Assembly (NCBI GenBank): GCA_045605125.1
Contig: JAZUPK010000036.1
Coordinates: 4,945 to 68,944 of the forward strand
DNA length: 64,000 bases
Source of the DNA: Acutalibacteraceae bacterium
GTDB taxonomy: Bacteria; Bacillota; Clostridia; Oscillospirales; Acutalibacteraceae
Direction of reading: 5' to 3'
This document shows positions 46,527 to 57,890 of the stretch, one piece after another (positions within the stretch are counted from its first letter, which is position 1; the number at the start of each line of letters is the position of its first letter). The notes under the pieces are model-generated. The model had not been told where the DNA came from. It did not search any database and was given only the letters and a program-made list of their open reading frames with translations. The position numbers were made by a program, and so were the translations under genes.

Positions 46527-48332
46527 CTATTCGTCAAGCTTAAGCACCGCCATAAATGCTTCTTGCGGTACTTCAACATTACCTAAGCGGCGCATACGCT
46601 TTTTACCTTCTTTTTGCTTTTCTAAAAGCTTTTTCTTACGGGTAATATCACCGCCGTAGCACTTAGCAAGCACGTCCTTACGCATAGCCTTTACGGTTTC
46701 ACGTGCTATTACCTTACCTGAAACTGCAACCTGAACAGGTACTTCAAAAAGCTGACGCGGTATATACTCCTTAAGCTTTTCGGCAATCTTACGGGCTCTT
46801 GCATAAGAATTATCTGTATGCACAATAAACGAAAGAGCATCCACCATATCGCCCGCAAGCAACACATCAAGCTTAACAAGCTTGGACTTTTCATAGCCCT
46901 TCATCTCATAATCGTAACTAGCATAGCCTTTTGTACGGGATTTTAAAGCATCGAAAAAGTCATAAACAATTTCGCCCATAGGCATAATGTAATGAATATC
47001 TACACGGTCGCCCATATATTTCATATCGGTATAAACGCCACGGCGCTCTTCACAAAGCTGCATAATAGTGCCAACATAATCGCTAGGTGAATATATATGC
47101 ACATCTGCTACAGGTTCAAGCGCTTCGGCAATTATTGCAGGGTCGGGGTAGTTTGTGGGGTTATCTACCGTAATGGTTTCGCCCGTAGTCAAAGTAAATT
47201 TATATTCAACGCTAGGTGCAGTTGTTACAAGGTCAAGATTATACTCTCGTTCTAATCTTTCCTGAATAATTTCCATATGCAAAAGACCTAAAAATCCGCA
47301 ACGGAAACCAAAGCCTAACGCATTTGAACTTTCGGGTTCAAATAAAAGCGACGCATCGTTTAACTGTAATTTATCGAGCGCATCTCTTAAATCAGGATAT
47401 TTTGCACCGTCAGCTGGGTAAATACCGCAGAAAACTACAGGATTAACTTTACGGTAGCCCTCAAGCGCCTGTGGTACAGGGTTTTCGGCTAATGTGATGG
47501 TATCACCTACGCGTGCTTCGCTAACTGTCTTAATAGAAGCCGCTAAATAGCCAACCTCGCCTACTTCTAAAACATCACAAGGTTCCATAGAAGTAGCGCG
47601 CTTGCGACCAAGCTCTACAATATCAAAGGTGGCACCTGTAGCCATCATTTTAACCTTATCGCCTGCTTTAATTTTACCGCTCATAACACGGAAATAAACT
47701 ATAACACCCTTATAAGGGTCATAATAGGAGTCAAAAATCAAGGCTGAAAGCGGTGCATCGGCATCTCCGGTAGGTGCCGGAATTTCGGTTACAATTTTTT
47801 CGAGAACTTCTTCTATATTAACACCTGTTTTAGCCGAAATTAGCGGCGCATTATCAGCAGGAATACCGATAACATCTTCTATTTCCGCCTTGACACGCTC
47901 AGGCTCTGCAGAGGGCAGGTCAATCTTATTAATAACCGGCAAAATTTCAAGCCCGTGGTCAACCGCCAAGTAGGTATTTGCTAAGGTTTGCGCTTCAATA
48001 CCTTGAGAAGCATCCACAATTAAAACCGCTCCCTCGCAAGCGGCGAGTGAACGCGAAACCTCATAATTAAAGTCAACATGCCCGGGAGTGTCTATTAAAT
48101 TAAGTTCGTAGCGTTCGCCATCCTTAGCATCATAGTATAAAGTTACCGCGTGGGCCTTAATGGTAATACCACGCTCTCTTTCTAAATCCATACTGTCAAG
48201 AATTTGCTCTTCCATATCACGTGTCGCTACCGACTGTGTATGCTCAAGCAATCGGTCAGCTAAAGTAGACTTACCGTGATCGATATGGGCAACAATACAA
48301 AAGTTTCTTATTTTATCAAGCGGAAATGACAC
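46527..48332 (-). CDS. lepA: translation elongation factor 4
   Basis: [15 protein letters not shown]1 motif, DTPGHVDF, and the LepA-specific C-terminal domain. GTG start 8 nt after AAGGAG. Confidence 0.95.
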   Translation of the reverse strand: MSFPLDKIRNFCIVAHIDHGKSTLADRLLEHTQSVATRDMEEQILDSMDLERERGITIKAHAVTLYYDAKDGERYELNLIDTPGHVDFNYEVSRSLAACEGAVLIVDASQGIEAQTLANTYLAVDHGLEILPVINKIDLPSAEPERVKAEIEDVIGIPADNAPLISAKTGVNIEEVLEKIVTEIPAPTGDADAPLSALIFDSYYDPYKGVIVYFRVMSGKIKAGDKVKMMATGATFDIVELGRKRATSMEPCDVLEVGEVGYLAASIKTVSEARVGDTITLAENPVPQALEGYRKVNPVVFCGIYPADGAKYPDLRDALDKLQLNDASLLFEPESSNALGFGFRCGFLGLLHMEIIQERLEREYNLDLVTTAPSVEYKFTLTTGETITVDNPTNYPDPAIIAEALEPVADVHIYSPSDYVGTIMQLCEERRGVYTDMKYMGDRVDIHYIMPMGEIVYDFFDALKSRTKGYASYDYEMKGYEKSKLVKLDVLLAGDMVDALSFIVHTDNSYARARKIAEKLKEYIPRQLFEVPVQVAVSGKVIARETVKAMRKDVLAKCYGGDITRKKKLLEKQKEGKKRMRRLGNVEVPQEAFMAVLKLDE

Positions 48333-49231
48333 TAATTTTTCTCCTTGTCTTTTGGTTTTTTAAAGTTTATAAGTTGAATAAAAATGCCTGCGACTATTAC
48401 ACAAAGTCCAATAAGTGAGTTTGGATTTTTTATGCCATCATCATAAAGGACAAGCCATGTCCATACAAGCGATAAAAACGGCGTTATGTAGGCTAGGTTT
48501 GATATTTTAGCTGTGTTGCCTTTATCAAGCGCTACAGCCCAAGTGGTACAAGCTATTGCCATAGTGAATATACCGTTCCAAGCAAAGCCGACAGTTTCTA
48601 TAACGCCCGGTAAAAACAAGTTACCGCTTATCGCATTTATAATACTTGTAAGAATAAACGTAACCAAGTAATTTGTCATCATAGAAAGCATTTTATCATA
48701 TTGGTATTTCTTATTAAAGGCCGTAAATAAACCATACGAAACCGCACCTAAAAAGCAGGCCAACATACCAATAATAACCGTTTTATCGGTAGAAGCGGAA
48801 AATAAGTCCTTAGCGTTAACTATACCTACACCCAAAAAGGAAACCGCAACCGCAATACCCTTTTTAATTGTCATTTTTTCTTTTAAAACAATACAAGCGA
48901 AAACCACACTCATAATAGGCCACATATAGTTAATGATAAACGCCTGCGAAGCCGAAAGAACGTCGGTACCCATATAGTAAAAAATGTAATAGAAAAATGT
49001 GCCGGGCAGACCTATAAGTATGGTTATTAAAAAATCCTTAGCGGTATACTTTTTGAGCTTTTTAATTTTTCCTGTAAAAATATTAGTAGCGAAAAGAAAT
49101 AAAAATGCAAAAAAGCTACTAACCCATAGAACCTGAAAATTATTAAATCCATTAAGTAATAATTTTGTAATGGTTGCAACGGTTGACCAAAAAAGTATTG
49201 AAACCGCCGCAAAGATGTATGATTTTTTCAA
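48332..49231 (-). CDS. EamA/DMT-family transporter
   Basis: Ten predicted TM helices in two EamA-like halves. Stop overlaps the lepA start by 1 nt. Confidence 0.75.
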   Translation of the reverse strand: MKKSYIFAAVSILFWSTVATITKLLLNGFNNFQVLWVSSFFAFLFLFATNIFTGKIKKLKKYTAKDFLITILIGLPGTFFYYIFYYMGTDVLSASQAFIINYMWPIMSVVFACIVLKEKMTIKKGIAVAVSFLGVGIVNAKDLFSASTDKTVIIGMLACFLGAVSYGLFTAFNKKYQYDKMLSMMTNYLVTFILTSIINAISGNLFLPGVIETVGFAWNGIFTMAIACTTWAVALDKGNTAKISNLAYITPFLSLVWTWLVLYDDGIKNPNSLIGLCVIVAGIFIQLINFKKPKDKEKN

Positions 49232-49334
49232 AAAATCACCGCCATTTACCCTAAAGACATAATTATCTAAATTATTGTACCATAACTCAAAGAAATTTAC
49301 AAATAATTTATTTAATTTTTATAAAGTAATTTTC

Positions 49335-49363
49335 TTGACATGTAATTACTATTATGATAAAAT
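49335..49363 (+). promoter_or_regulatory. sigma-A-type promoter candidate for the pyr operon
   Basis: TTGACA (49335-40), 17-nt spacer, TAAAAT (49358-63). Confidence 0.55.
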
Positions 49364-49471
49364 ATATAAAGTTAAAATATATCTTTAAACACGGTGCTGT
49401 GACGCCGGCAAGATTGTTATATGGTTTTTAATAAGTATATCCCCAAGGGGTTATACCGTTTATTGTCATAT

Positions 49472-49500
49472 ACACCTTGCCTTACGGCAGGGTGTTTTTA
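49472..49500 (+). terminator. leader (attenuator) terminator upstream of pyrC
   Basis: ACACCTTGCC-TTAC-GGCAGGGTGT stem-loop followed by TTTTTATT, 56 nt before the pyrC ATG. Upstream GGCAAGATTGT (49407-17) mimics the 3' arm and could form an antiterminator. Confidence 0.6.
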
Positions 49501-49555
49501 TTAAGTAATCGCAGCATATATGTATGCTAAAACCTAATCGAAAGGCGGTAAAATA

Positions 49556-50755
49556 ATGAAAAGCGTAATTAAAAATGCCAAAGTTTATGAAAACGGCTCA
49601 TTCGTTTGTAAAGATTTTCCGCTAACTGTTAGCGGTAGTGTTTCTAATTTCAATAATTTATTTGTATTCCCGGCTTTTTGTGATGTTCATGTTCATCTTC
49701 GAGAGCCGGGTTTTTCATATAAAGAAACTATTGAAAGCGGCACAAAAGCATCTGCCAGAGGCGGATACAGTGATGTTTGCTCAATGCCAAACCTTAACCC
49801 CGTACCCGACAGTTTTGAAAACTTAGAAAAACAGTTAGATATTATAAAAACCAATGCGGTAATAAATGTTCACCCTTACGCTTCTATAACCAAAGGGCAA
49901 TTAGGGGAAGAGCTTTCGGATTTCGAGGAATTAAAACACGCTTTCGCCTTTTCGGATGACGGCAAGGGCGTACAAAACACCGAAATGATGAAAAGCGCCA
50001 TGTTAAAAGCAAAGAAGCTAGACAAAATAATTGTAGCGCATTGTGAAGATAATAGCCTACTTCTTGGCGGCTACATTCACGACGGCGAGTATGCGAAACT
50101 TCACGGTCATAAAGGCATTTGCAGTGAGAGCGAGTGGAAACCAATTAAAAGGGATTTAGAACTTGCAAAAATCACCGGTTGCAAATACCATGTGTGCCAT
50201 ATATCCACTAAAGAGAGTGTAGCGCTTATAAGAAAAGCTAAGGCCGATGGCGTAGATGTTACTTGCGAAACTGCTCCCCACTATTTAGTGCTTACTGATA
50301 ACGATTTAAAGGAAGACGGCAGATTTAAAATGAATCCGCCGCTTCGAAGTGAAGAGGATAGGCTTGCACTTATTGAAGGCATTAAGGACGGCACTATTGA
50401 TATGATAGCAACCGACCACGCACCCCACAGCGCCGAAGAAAAAAGCAAAGGTCTTGAAAAGAGTGCATTCGGTATAGTAGGAATAGAAACCGCTTTCCCT
50501 GTTATGTATACCCACCTTGTCAAAACGGGAATAATAACACTTGAAAAACTTATAGAAATTATGGCTATAAACCCGCGTGAGCGTTTTGGCATTAAGCAAA
50601 GCGGCTTCACAGTGTGGGATTTAGATAAAAAGTTCACCGTAGATACAAACGAATTTTTGTCAAAAGGTACTGCAACACCTTTCGAAAATTGCGAGCTGTA
50701 CGGCGAATGTAAGTTAACACTTGTAAATGATGAAATAAAATACATTAAGGAGTAA
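49556..50755 (+). CDS. pyrC: dihydroorotase
   Basis: DVHVHLREPG metal-binding motif, plus HVCHIST and TDHAPH. Confidence 0.9.
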   Translation: MKSVIKNAKVYENGSFVCKDFPLTVSGSVSNFNNLFVFPAFCDVHVHLREPGFSYKETIESGTKASARGGYSDVCSMPNLNPVPDSFENLEKQLDIIKTNAVINVHPYASITKGQLGEELSDFEELKHAFAFSDDGKGVQNTEMMKSAMLKAKKLDKIIVAHCEDNSLLLGGYIHDGEYAKLHGHKGICSESEWKPIKRDLELAKITGCKYHVCHISTKESVALIRKAKADGVDVTCETAPHYLVLTDNDLKEDGRFKMNPPLRSEEDRLALIEGIKDGTIDMIATDHAPHSAEEKSKGLEKSAFGIVGIETAFPVMYTHLVKTGIITLEKLIEIMAINPRERFGIKQSGFTVWDLDKKFTVDTNEFLSKGTATPFENCELYGECKLTLVNDEIKYIKE

Positions 50756-50760
50756 TTAAG

Positions 50761-53700
50761 ATGGCTAAGAGAAAAGACTTAAAAAAGATTTTGATTATAG
50801 GCTCAGGTCCTATTGTTATAGGTCAGGCTGCCGAGTTTGACTATGCAGGTACACAGGCCTGCCTAGCACTCAAGGAAGAAGGCTACGAGGTTGTACTTTG
50901 TAACTCTAACCCTGCTACCATTATGACCGACACCACCATTGCCGATAAGGTTTATATGGAGCCTTTAACCCTTGAATTTGTAGCAAAGGTTATCAGATAC
51001 GAAAGACCCGACGCTATTGTCCCAGGCATTGGCGGACAAACCGGCCTTAACCTTGCTATGCAGCTTGAAGAAAAGGGCATTTTAAAGGAATGTGGCGTTG
51101 AACTTTTAGGTACAAGCAGTAAAAGTATTGAACGCGCCGAAGACCGCGAATTATTTAAAGAACTTTGCGAATCTATTGGCGAGCCTACTATCCCATCTCA
51201 AATAACATACTCCTTAGAAGAAGCTAAAAAAGCAGCAGAAGAAATTGGCTATCCTGTAGTATTACGCCCCGCATTCACTTTGGGCGGTACAGGTGGCGGA
51301 TTTGCATACAATGAGCAAGACCTTATTGAAATCGGTCTAAATGCATTCAAGCTTTCCCCTGTACATCAAGTTCTTATTGAAAAGAGCGTTAAAGGCTATA
51401 AGGAAATTGAGTTTGAAGTTATGCGTGATGGCAACGATAACGCTATAACTATTTGCGGTATGGAAAACATCGACCCCGTTGGTGTTCACACCGGTGACTC
51501 TATTGTTGTAGCTCCTATTATGACACTTAACGACCATGACCTTAAAATGCTTAACGATTCAGCTATTAAGCTTATTCGCGAGCTTAAAATTGAGGGTGGC
51601 TGTAACGTTCAGTTTGCGCTTGACCCCAATTCTTCACAATATTATTTAATCGAAGTTAACCCCCGTGTTTCGCGTTCTTCGGCGCTTGCTTCCAAAGCCA
51701 GTGGCTATCCAATAGCTCGCGTTACCGCTAAAATTGCGGTTGGTATGACTCTTGAAGAAATCTCTATTGCCAATACCAACGCCGCATTCGAGCCAAGACT
51801 TGATTATGTTATTACAAAATTCCCACGCTTCCCGTTTGATAAATTCACTACCGCTTCCAACATTTTAGGTACTCAAATGAAAGCAACCGGCGAAGTTATG
51901 GGTATTGGTACCACTTTGGAAGAAAGCTTACTTAAAGGTATACGCTCACTTGAAATTGGTATCACTCATCTTTACCATCATAAATTTGACAATATGACCG
52001 ACCAAGAGCTTTTAGCATATATTAGTGAGCTTCGCGACGATAACCTTTTCGCTATTGCTGAGCTTCTTTACCGCGGTATTACTGTGGAACAAATTCACGA
52101 AATCACAAAAATTACCGCATTCTTCCTTGAAGCTATTAAGCGCATTATTGAGATGGAAAGAACCCTTAAAGAAAATAAGTTCGACCTTGCAACTTTAAAG
52201 GATGCAAAGAAAATGGGCTTCTCGGACAAGTACATTGCAAGACTGTGGGATTGCGATGAACTAAAGGTATACAACTTCCGCCGCGAAAATAATCTTTACC
52301 CCGTTTACAAAATGGTTGATACCTGCCACACAAATGCATATATCCCCTACTTCTATTCTTCTTATCACGATGAAAATGCTTCTATCCTTACCGATAAAAA
52401 GAAAATTGTGGTTTTGGGTGCAGGTCCTATCCGTATAGGTCAGGGTGTTGAGTTTGACTACTCTACCGTTCACGCTGTTACCACCATTAAAAATTCAGGC
52501 TATGAAGCAATTATTATTAACAACAACCCCGAAACTGTTTCTACCGACTATACAACAGCTGACAAGCTTTATTTTGAACCTTTGACACCCGAAGATGTTA
52601 TGAACATTATCGAGTTTGAAAAGCCTGAAGGTGTTATTGCTTCTTTAGGCGGTCAGACTGCTATTAACCTTGCAGAACCACTAAGGGATCGCGGTGTTAA
52701 GATTATCGGCACCGACTGTGACGCTATTGAGCGCGCCGAAAACCGCGACAGCTTTGAAAAAATACTTCACGAGCTTAATATCCCACAGCCGAAAGGAAAA
52801 GCTGTCACCAAAATTGAAGACGGTATCGCCGCTGCTAAGGAAATTGGCTACCCTGTGCTTGTACGCCCCTCCTTCGTTTTAGGCGGACGTGCTATGCAAA
52901 TTGTTGCAGATGAAGAACAGTTAAAGCACTACCTTAAAACTGCGGTTGAAATTGATGAAGACCGCCCTGTTTTAGTTGATAAATACATTCAAGGTAAAGA
53001 AGTTGAAGTTGACGCTATTTGCGATGGCAGAGATGTATTTATCCCCGGTATTATGGAATTGGTTGAGCGTACAGGCGTACACTCGGGTGACTCTATAAGC
53101 GTTTACCCTGCATTCAGTATTTCTGATAAGGTTAAGGGTACTATTTTACAGTATGCTAAGAAATTAGGTCTTGGCATAGGTATTGTAGGTCTTTACAACA
53201 TTCAGTTTATTGTTGATAAGGATGAAAATGTTTTCATTATTGAAGTTAACCCACGTTCTTCAAGAACTGTTCCGTTCCTTTCAAAATCTACAGGCTACAG
53301 CCTTGCAGATATTGCAACCGAAGTTATTTTAGGTAAATCCTTAAAGGAACAGGGTATTTTTGATATTTACCCACAAGAAAAAGACCGTTGGTATGTTAAA
53401 GTGCCGGTATTCTCTTTCAATAAAATCCGCGGTTTGGATGCTTATCTCTCTCCCGAGATGAAGTCTACCGGTGAAGCAATCGGCTATGACGACAAGCTTA
53501 ACCGCGCGCTCTCTAAGGCATTACAAGCTTCCGGTATGCGTGTTCAAAACTACGGTACTGTTTTTGCTACCATAAGCGATAAAGACAAGGAAGAAGCCTT
53601 ACCGCTTGTTCGCCGTTTCTATAACCTAGGATTTAATATTGAAGCAACATCGGGTACTGCTAAATTCTTAAAAGCAAACGGTATTAACACCCGTGTGCTC

Positions 53701-53934
53701 AAGAAAATTGAAGAAGACCCTGATGAAATCCATGATGCTTTACGCCAAGGCCATATCGCTTATGTAATCAATACCCGCGATATCGAGTCAAGCGGCACCG
53801 CTACTGACGGATTTAAAATTAGAAGCTACGCTACCGAAAATAACGTTACAATCTTTACAGCGCTTGATACTGTACGCGTGCTTTTAGATGTTTTAGAAGA
53901 AACTACACTTACAATTTCTACTATTGACGCATAA
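50761..53934 (+). CDS. carB: carbamoyl-phosphate synthase large subunit
   Basis: 1057 aa. Duplicated ATP-grasp halves (GSGPIVIGQAAEFDYAG and GAGPIRIGQGVEFDY). C-terminal MGS-like domain. Confidence 0.95.
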   Translation: MAKRKDLKKILIIGSGPIVIGQAAEFDYAGTQACLALKEEGYEVVLCNSNPATIMTDTTIADKVYMEPLTLEFVAKVIRYERPDAIVPGIGGQTGLNLAMQLEEKGILKECGVELLGTSSKSIERAEDRELFKELCESIGEPTIPSQITYSLEEAKKAAEEIGYPVVLRPAFTLGGTGGGFAYNEQDLIEIGLNAFKLSPVHQVLIEKSVKGYKEIEFEVMRDGNDNAITICGMENIDPVGVHTGDSIVVAPIMTLNDHDLKMLNDSAIKLIRELKIEGGCNVQFALDPNSSQYYLIEVNPRVSRSSALASKASGYPIARVTAKIAVGMTLEEISIANTNAAFEPRLDYVITKFPRFPFDKFTTASNILGTQMKATGEVMGIGTTLEESLLKGIRSLEIGITHLYHHKFDNMTDQELLAYISELRDDNLFAIAELLYRGITVEQIHEITKITAFFLEAIKRIIEMERTLKENKFDLATLKDAKKMGFSDKYIARLWDCDELKVYNFRRENNLYPVYKMVDTCHTNAYIPYFYSSYHDENASILTDKKKIVVLGAGPIRIGQGVEFDYSTVHAVTTIKNSGYEAIIINNNPETVSTDYTTADKLYFEPLTPEDVMNIIEFEKPEGVIASLGGQTAINLAEPLRDRGVKIIGTDCDAIERAENRDSFEKILHELNIPQPKGKAVTKIEDGIAAAKEIGYPVLVRPSFVLGGRAMQIVADEEQLKHYLKTAVEIDEDRPVLVDKYIQGKEVEVDAICDGRDVFIPGIMELVERTGVHSGDSISVYPAFSISDKVKGTILQYAKKLGLGIGIVGLYNIQFIVDKDENVFIIEVNPRSSRTVPFLSKSTGYSLADIATEVILGKSLKEQGIFDIYPQEKDRWYVKVPVFSFNKIRGLDAYLSPEMKSTGEAIGYDDKLNRALSKALQASGMRVQNYGTVFATISDKDKEEALPLVRRFYNLGFNIEATSGTAKFLKANGINTRVLKKIEEDPDEIHDALRQGHIAYVINTRDIESSGTATDGFKIRSYATENNVTIFTALDTVRVLLDVLEETTLTISTIDA

Positions 53935-53945
53935 GGTGAATTTTT

Positions 53946-54677
53946 ATGACAACACAAGGAATTTACGAAATTCTTTACAATTTTAAAATTGCTCCCGATG
54001 TTTACAGTATGGTGCTAGCAGGCGATACTTCTTCGCTTTTAGCACCGGGACAGTTTGTAAACATTAAATTAGAGGGCAAGTTTTTACGCCGCCCTATCTC
54101 GGTATGTGACTACAACGAAGAAACCATAACCTTAATTTACAAGGTTGTGGGCGATGGTACCGAGCAAATGTCCAAAATGAAAGCCGGAGAAAGATTAGAT
54201 GTTTTAGTAGGTCTTGGTAACGGCTTCAACCCTGAAAAAGGCGGCGACAAGCCCCTTTTAATAGGGGGCGGTGTTGGTATTCCGCCACTATATAACCTTT
54301 GTAAAGAGCTTTTGAAAATGGGTAAAACACCCACCGTTATATTAGGCTTTAACAAAAAGGAAGAAATCTTCTACGAAGATGCTTTCAAACAATTAGGCGT
54401 AAATGTTATTGTAACTACTGTTGATGGCTCTTACGGGGTAAAAGGCTTTGTTACCGATGCTATGGATATAGAATATTCATATTTCTTCACCTGCGGACCT
54501 ATGCCAATGTTCAAAGCAATTGAAAGCAAAGCAAAAACCAGCGGTCAGTATAGCTTTGAAGAAAGAATGGGCTGTGGCTTTGGTGCTTGTATGGGTTGTA
54601 GCTGCAAGACAAAATACGGCAACAAGCGTATTTGTAAAGATGGTCCTGTGCTTTATAGGGAGGAAATAGTATGGTAG
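53946..54677 (+). CDS. pyrK: dihydroorotate dehydrogenase electron-transfer subunit
   Basis: FAD/NAD-binding fold (RRPIS). C-terminal 2Fe-2S cysteines CGFGACMGCSC...C. Confidence 0.9.
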   Translation: MTTQGIYEILYNFKIAPDVYSMVLAGDTSSLLAPGQFVNIKLEGKFLRRPISVCDYNEETITLIYKVVGDGTEQMSKMKAGERLDVLVGLGNGFNPEKGGDKPLLIGGGVGIPPLYNLCKELLKMGKTPTVILGFNKKEEIFYEDAFKQLGVNVIVTTVDGSYGVKGFVTDAMDIEYSYFFTCGPMPMFKAIESKAKTSGQYSFEERMGCGFGACMGCSCKTKYGNKRICKDGPVLYREEIVW

Positions 54678-55588
54678 ATACAAGTGTAATCCTTTCGGGA
54701 ATTAAAATAGATAACCCCGTTATTCCCGCAAGCGGAACCTTTGGGTTTGGTTATGAGTTCGCTTCCCTTTATGATATAAACTGCCTTGGCACCTTCTCTT
54801 TTAAGGGCACTACACGCGACGAGCGTTTTGGTAACCCCACACCCCGTATTGCAGAATGTCCCGAAGGTATGCTAAATTCAGTTGGTCTTCAAAACCCGGG
54901 TGTTGAGCGTGTTATAAGTGAAGAACTTCCCAAGCTCAAAGAATGTTTCCACAAGCCTGTTATGGCTAATGTAAGCGGTTTTTCAATTGAAGACTATGCG
55001 TATACTTGCGAAAAACTAAACAACGAGAATCAAATTGGTTGGTTTGAAGTAAATATATCCTGCCCTAATGTTCACGGTGGAGGTTTAGCGTTTGGTACAA
55101 GCGCTAAAAATGCTGCCGAAGTAACAAAGGCGGTTAAAAAGGTTACAAATAAGCCTGTATTTATAAAGCTTTCTCCAAACGTTACCGACATTGTAGAGAT
55201 TGCAAAGGCTTGCGAAGCCGAAGGCGCAGACGGTGTTAGTCTTATAAATACACTTCTTGGTATGAGAATAGACTTGAAACGCAGAAAGCCTATTTTAGCA
55301 AATAAAATGGGTGGTTTTTCAGGTCCTGCGATTAAGCCGGTAGCACTCAGAATGGTTTATCAGGTTTACGATGCAGTTAAAATACCGATTATTGGTATGG
55401 GTGGTATTTCTACTGCTGAAGATGTAATTGAAATGATGCTTGCAGGCGCTACCGCAGTACAGGTTGGCGCTGCAAACCTTGTATCCCCCTTTGCTTGCAG
55501 AGATATTATAAATAATCTCCCAAAAGTAATGGAAAAATATGGAATCAACAGTTTAACTGAAATTATAGGAGGCGCTCATAATGGGTAA
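54671..55588 (+). CDS. pyrD: dihydroorotate dehydrogenase (class 1B catalytic subunit)
   Basis: [19 protein letters not shown] and GGISTAEDV motifs. Paired with pyrK. Confidence 0.9.
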   Translation: MVDTSVILSGIKIDNPVIPASGTFGFGYEFASLYDINCLGTFSFKGTTRDERFGNPTPRIAECPEGMLNSVGLQNPGVERVISEELPKLKECFHKPVMANVSGFSIEDYAYTCEKLNNENQIGWFEVNISCPNVHGGGLAFGTSAKNAAEVTKAVKKVTNKPVFIKLSPNVTDIVEIAKACEAEGADGVSLINTLLGMRIDLKRRKPILANKMGGFSGPAIKPVALRMVYQVYDAVKIPIIGMGGISTAEDVIEMMLAGATAVQVGAANLVSPFACRDIINNLPKVMEKYGINSLTEIIGGAHNG

Positions 55589-56279
55589 GGACGTAATTAT
55601 CGCTTGCGATTTTGCAAGCAAAGAAGCAACACTTGAGTTTTTAGATAAGTTTACAGGGGTTAAGCCCTTTGTAAAAATCGGTATGGAGCTTTTTTATGCC
55701 GAAGGTCCCGAAATTGTTAAGGAAATTAAGGCTCGTGGTCACAAGATCTTCTTAGATTTAAAACTTCACGATATCCCCAACACAGTTAAAAAGTCAATGG
55801 CAGTGCTTTCTCGCCTTGACGTTGATATGACAAATCTTCACGCAGGCGGCACAATTTCTATGATGGAAGCCGCTTTGGAAGGACTAACAAGACCTGACGG
55901 CACAAGACCGCTTTTAATAGCAGTAACTCAGCTTACTTCTACCGACCAAGAGCGTATGGAGAACGACCTTTTAATCAAAGAACCTATTGACAAGGTTGTT
56001 ATGCACTATGCTAATAATGCAAAAATTGCAGGTCTTGACGGCGTTGTTTGTTCACCGCTTGAAGCAGGTAAGGTTCACGACTCTTGTGGTAAAGAATTTT
56101 TAACCGTTACTCCGGGTGTACGCTTTGCTGATGGTGATATAGGCGACCAAAAGCGCGTTATGACCCCAGCTGAAGCTAAGAAAATCGGCAGTGACTACAT
56201 AGTAGTAGGCAGACCAATTACCGCAGCTGAAGACCCCGTTGCAGCATATAAGCGTTGCTGTGAAGAATTTATTGGATAA
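55581..56279 (+). CDS. pyrF: orotidine 5'-phosphate decarboxylase
   Basis: [19 protein letters not shown] and VVGRPI motifs. Confidence 0.9.
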   Translation: MGKDVIIACDFASKEATLEFLDKFTGVKPFVKIGMELFYAEGPEIVKEIKARGHKIFLDLKLHDIPNTVKKSMAVLSRLDVDMTNLHAGGTISMMEAALEGLTRPDGTRPLLIAVTQLTSTDQERMENDLLIKEPIDKVVMHYANNAKIAGLDGVVCSPLEAGKVHDSCGKEFLTVTPGVRFADGDIGDQKRVMTPAEAKKIGSDYIVVGRPITAAEDPVAAYKRCCEEFIG

Positions 56280-56302
56280 TTCGTAATTAAAGGAGAATAA
56301 AA

Positions 56303-56959
56303 ATGGAAACTTATAAAAGAGAGTTTATTGAATTTTTAGAGGGTGCGGGCGTTTTAAAGTTTGGCGATTTCACCGCAAAATCAGGAAGAAAAATCCCTTA
56401 TTTTATAAATGCCGGCGATATTAAAACAGGCGAACAAATTTGCAAATTAGGTGAATTTTATGCTAAAGCCTATTTTGAAAAAATCGGCAATAAAAAGACT
56501 GTACTTTACGGTCCCGCTTATAAAGGTATCCCGATTGCTGTATCGGTAGCAGTAGCTCTTGCTAAAAATGGCCTTGATGTTCCTTTCTTCTTTAATCGTA
56601 AGGAAGAAAAGGACCACGGCGAAGGCGGCGTTTTCGTAGGCTACAAGCCACAAGCAGGCGAAGAGATTGTTATAGTTGAAGATGTTATTACTGCAGGTAC
56701 CGCAATAAGAGAAAGTATGGAAATTCTTTCAGGTCTTGAAGGTACAAAGGTTGCAGCTACATTTGTTATGGTAGACCGCAAGGAAAAAGGAAAAACCGAC
56801 AAGAGCGCTATGGCAGAAGTTGGTGAAGAATTCGGCTTCCCTGTATACTCGGTAGTAGATGTTTACGATATTATCGAATATTTAGAAGAAGATGAGAAAA
56901 ACCGCGAAAATGTTGAAAGAATCAAAAATTATCTTGCTGTAAACGGCGCAAAAGAATAA
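56303..56959 (+). CDS. pyrE: orotate phosphoribosyltransferase
   Basis: PRPP-binding loop VIVEDVITAGTA. FTAKSGRKIPYF motif. Confidence 0.9.
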   Translation: METYKREFIEFLEGAGVLKFGDFTAKSGRKIPYFINAGDIKTGEQICKLGEFYAKAYFEKIGNKKTVLYGPAYKGIPIAVSVAVALAKNGLDVPFFFNRKEEKDHGEGGVFVGYKPQAGEEIVIVEDVITAGTAIRESMEILSGLEGTKVAATFVMVDRKEKGKTDKSAMAEVGEEFGFPVYSVVDVYDIIEYLEEDEKNRENVERIKNYLAVNGAKE

Positions 56960-56978
56960 TTTTGAAAGGTAAATTATA

Positions 56979-57890
56979 ATGAGAAGTTTAATAGATATTG
57001 CCGAGCTTTCTTTACAAGAAATTGACAGCTTGATTGCAACCGCAAACGATATCATTGACAATCCCAAAAAATATGCCACCAAATGCCAAGGCAAAAAGCT
57101 TGCAACACTATTTTTCGAACCTTCAACCCGTACCAGACTCAGCTTTGAAGCCGCTATGTACGAATTAGGTGGAAATGTTTTAGGTTTTTCGGAAGCGGCT
57201 AGCAGCTCTGCTGCAAAGGGTGAAAGTATAGCAGACACCGCAAAAACCGTTTCCTGCTATGCCGATATTATAGCAATGCGCCACCCTAAAGAAGGCGCAC
57301 CGTTGGTAGCAAGCATGAACGCAAGCATTCCTGTTATTAATGCAGGTGACGGCGGACACAACCACCCCACCCAAACTTTAGCCGACCTTTTAACCATTAA
57401 GCGCGAAAAAGGCAGTTTTGATAACCTTACCGTTGGTCTTTGCGGCGACTTAAAGTTTGGCAGAACAGTTCATTCTCTTATAAACGCACTTAGAAGATAT
57501 AAAAATGTTAAGTTCGTGCTTATCTCTCCAACCGAGCTTCGTATTCCCGAATATATTAGAGAATCGCTCAAAAAGGATAACTTCGAAGTAGTTGAAACTA
57601 CTGATTTAGAAGCCGCTATGAGTGACCTTGACATTCTTTATATGACACGCGTTCAAAGAGAACGTTTCTTTAACGAAGAAGAATACTTAAGGCTTAAAGA
57701 CAGCTACATTTTAACAACCGAAAAATTAGCCAACGCTAAACAAAGCCTTTCAATTCTCCACCCACTACCGCGTGTTAACGAAATAAGCGTAGCTATTGAT
57801 AACGACCCACGCGCTTGCTATTTTAAGCAGGTTTTAAATGGTAAATATATGCGTATGGCGTTAATTTTAATGCTTTTGGGGGTAGAATAA
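56979..57890 (+). CDS. pyrB: aspartate carbamoyltransferase catalytic subunit
   Basis: [13 protein letters not shown] and HPLPRV motifs. Confidence 0.95.
   Translation: MRSLIDIAELSLQEIDSLIATANDIIDNPKKYATKCQGKKLATLFFEPSTRTRLSFEAAMYELGGNVLGFSEAASSSAAKGESIADTAKTVSCYADIIAMRHPKEGAPLVASMNASIPVINAGDGGHNHPTQTLADLLTIKREKGSFDNLTVGLCGDLKFGRTVHSLINALRRYKNVKFVLISPTELRIPEYIRESLKKDNFEVVETTDLEAAMSDLDILYMTRVQRERFFNEEEYLRLKDSYILTTEKLANAKQSLSILHPLPRVNEISVAIDNDPRACYFKQVLNGKYMRMALILMLLGVE

Noticed and set aside
49381-49420. GGTGCTGT-containing segment that briefly suggested an SRP/4.5S RNA.
   Set aside because: The conserved GGTCAGGTCCGGAAGGAAGCAGC core is absent. The segment is better explained as part of the pyr leader.
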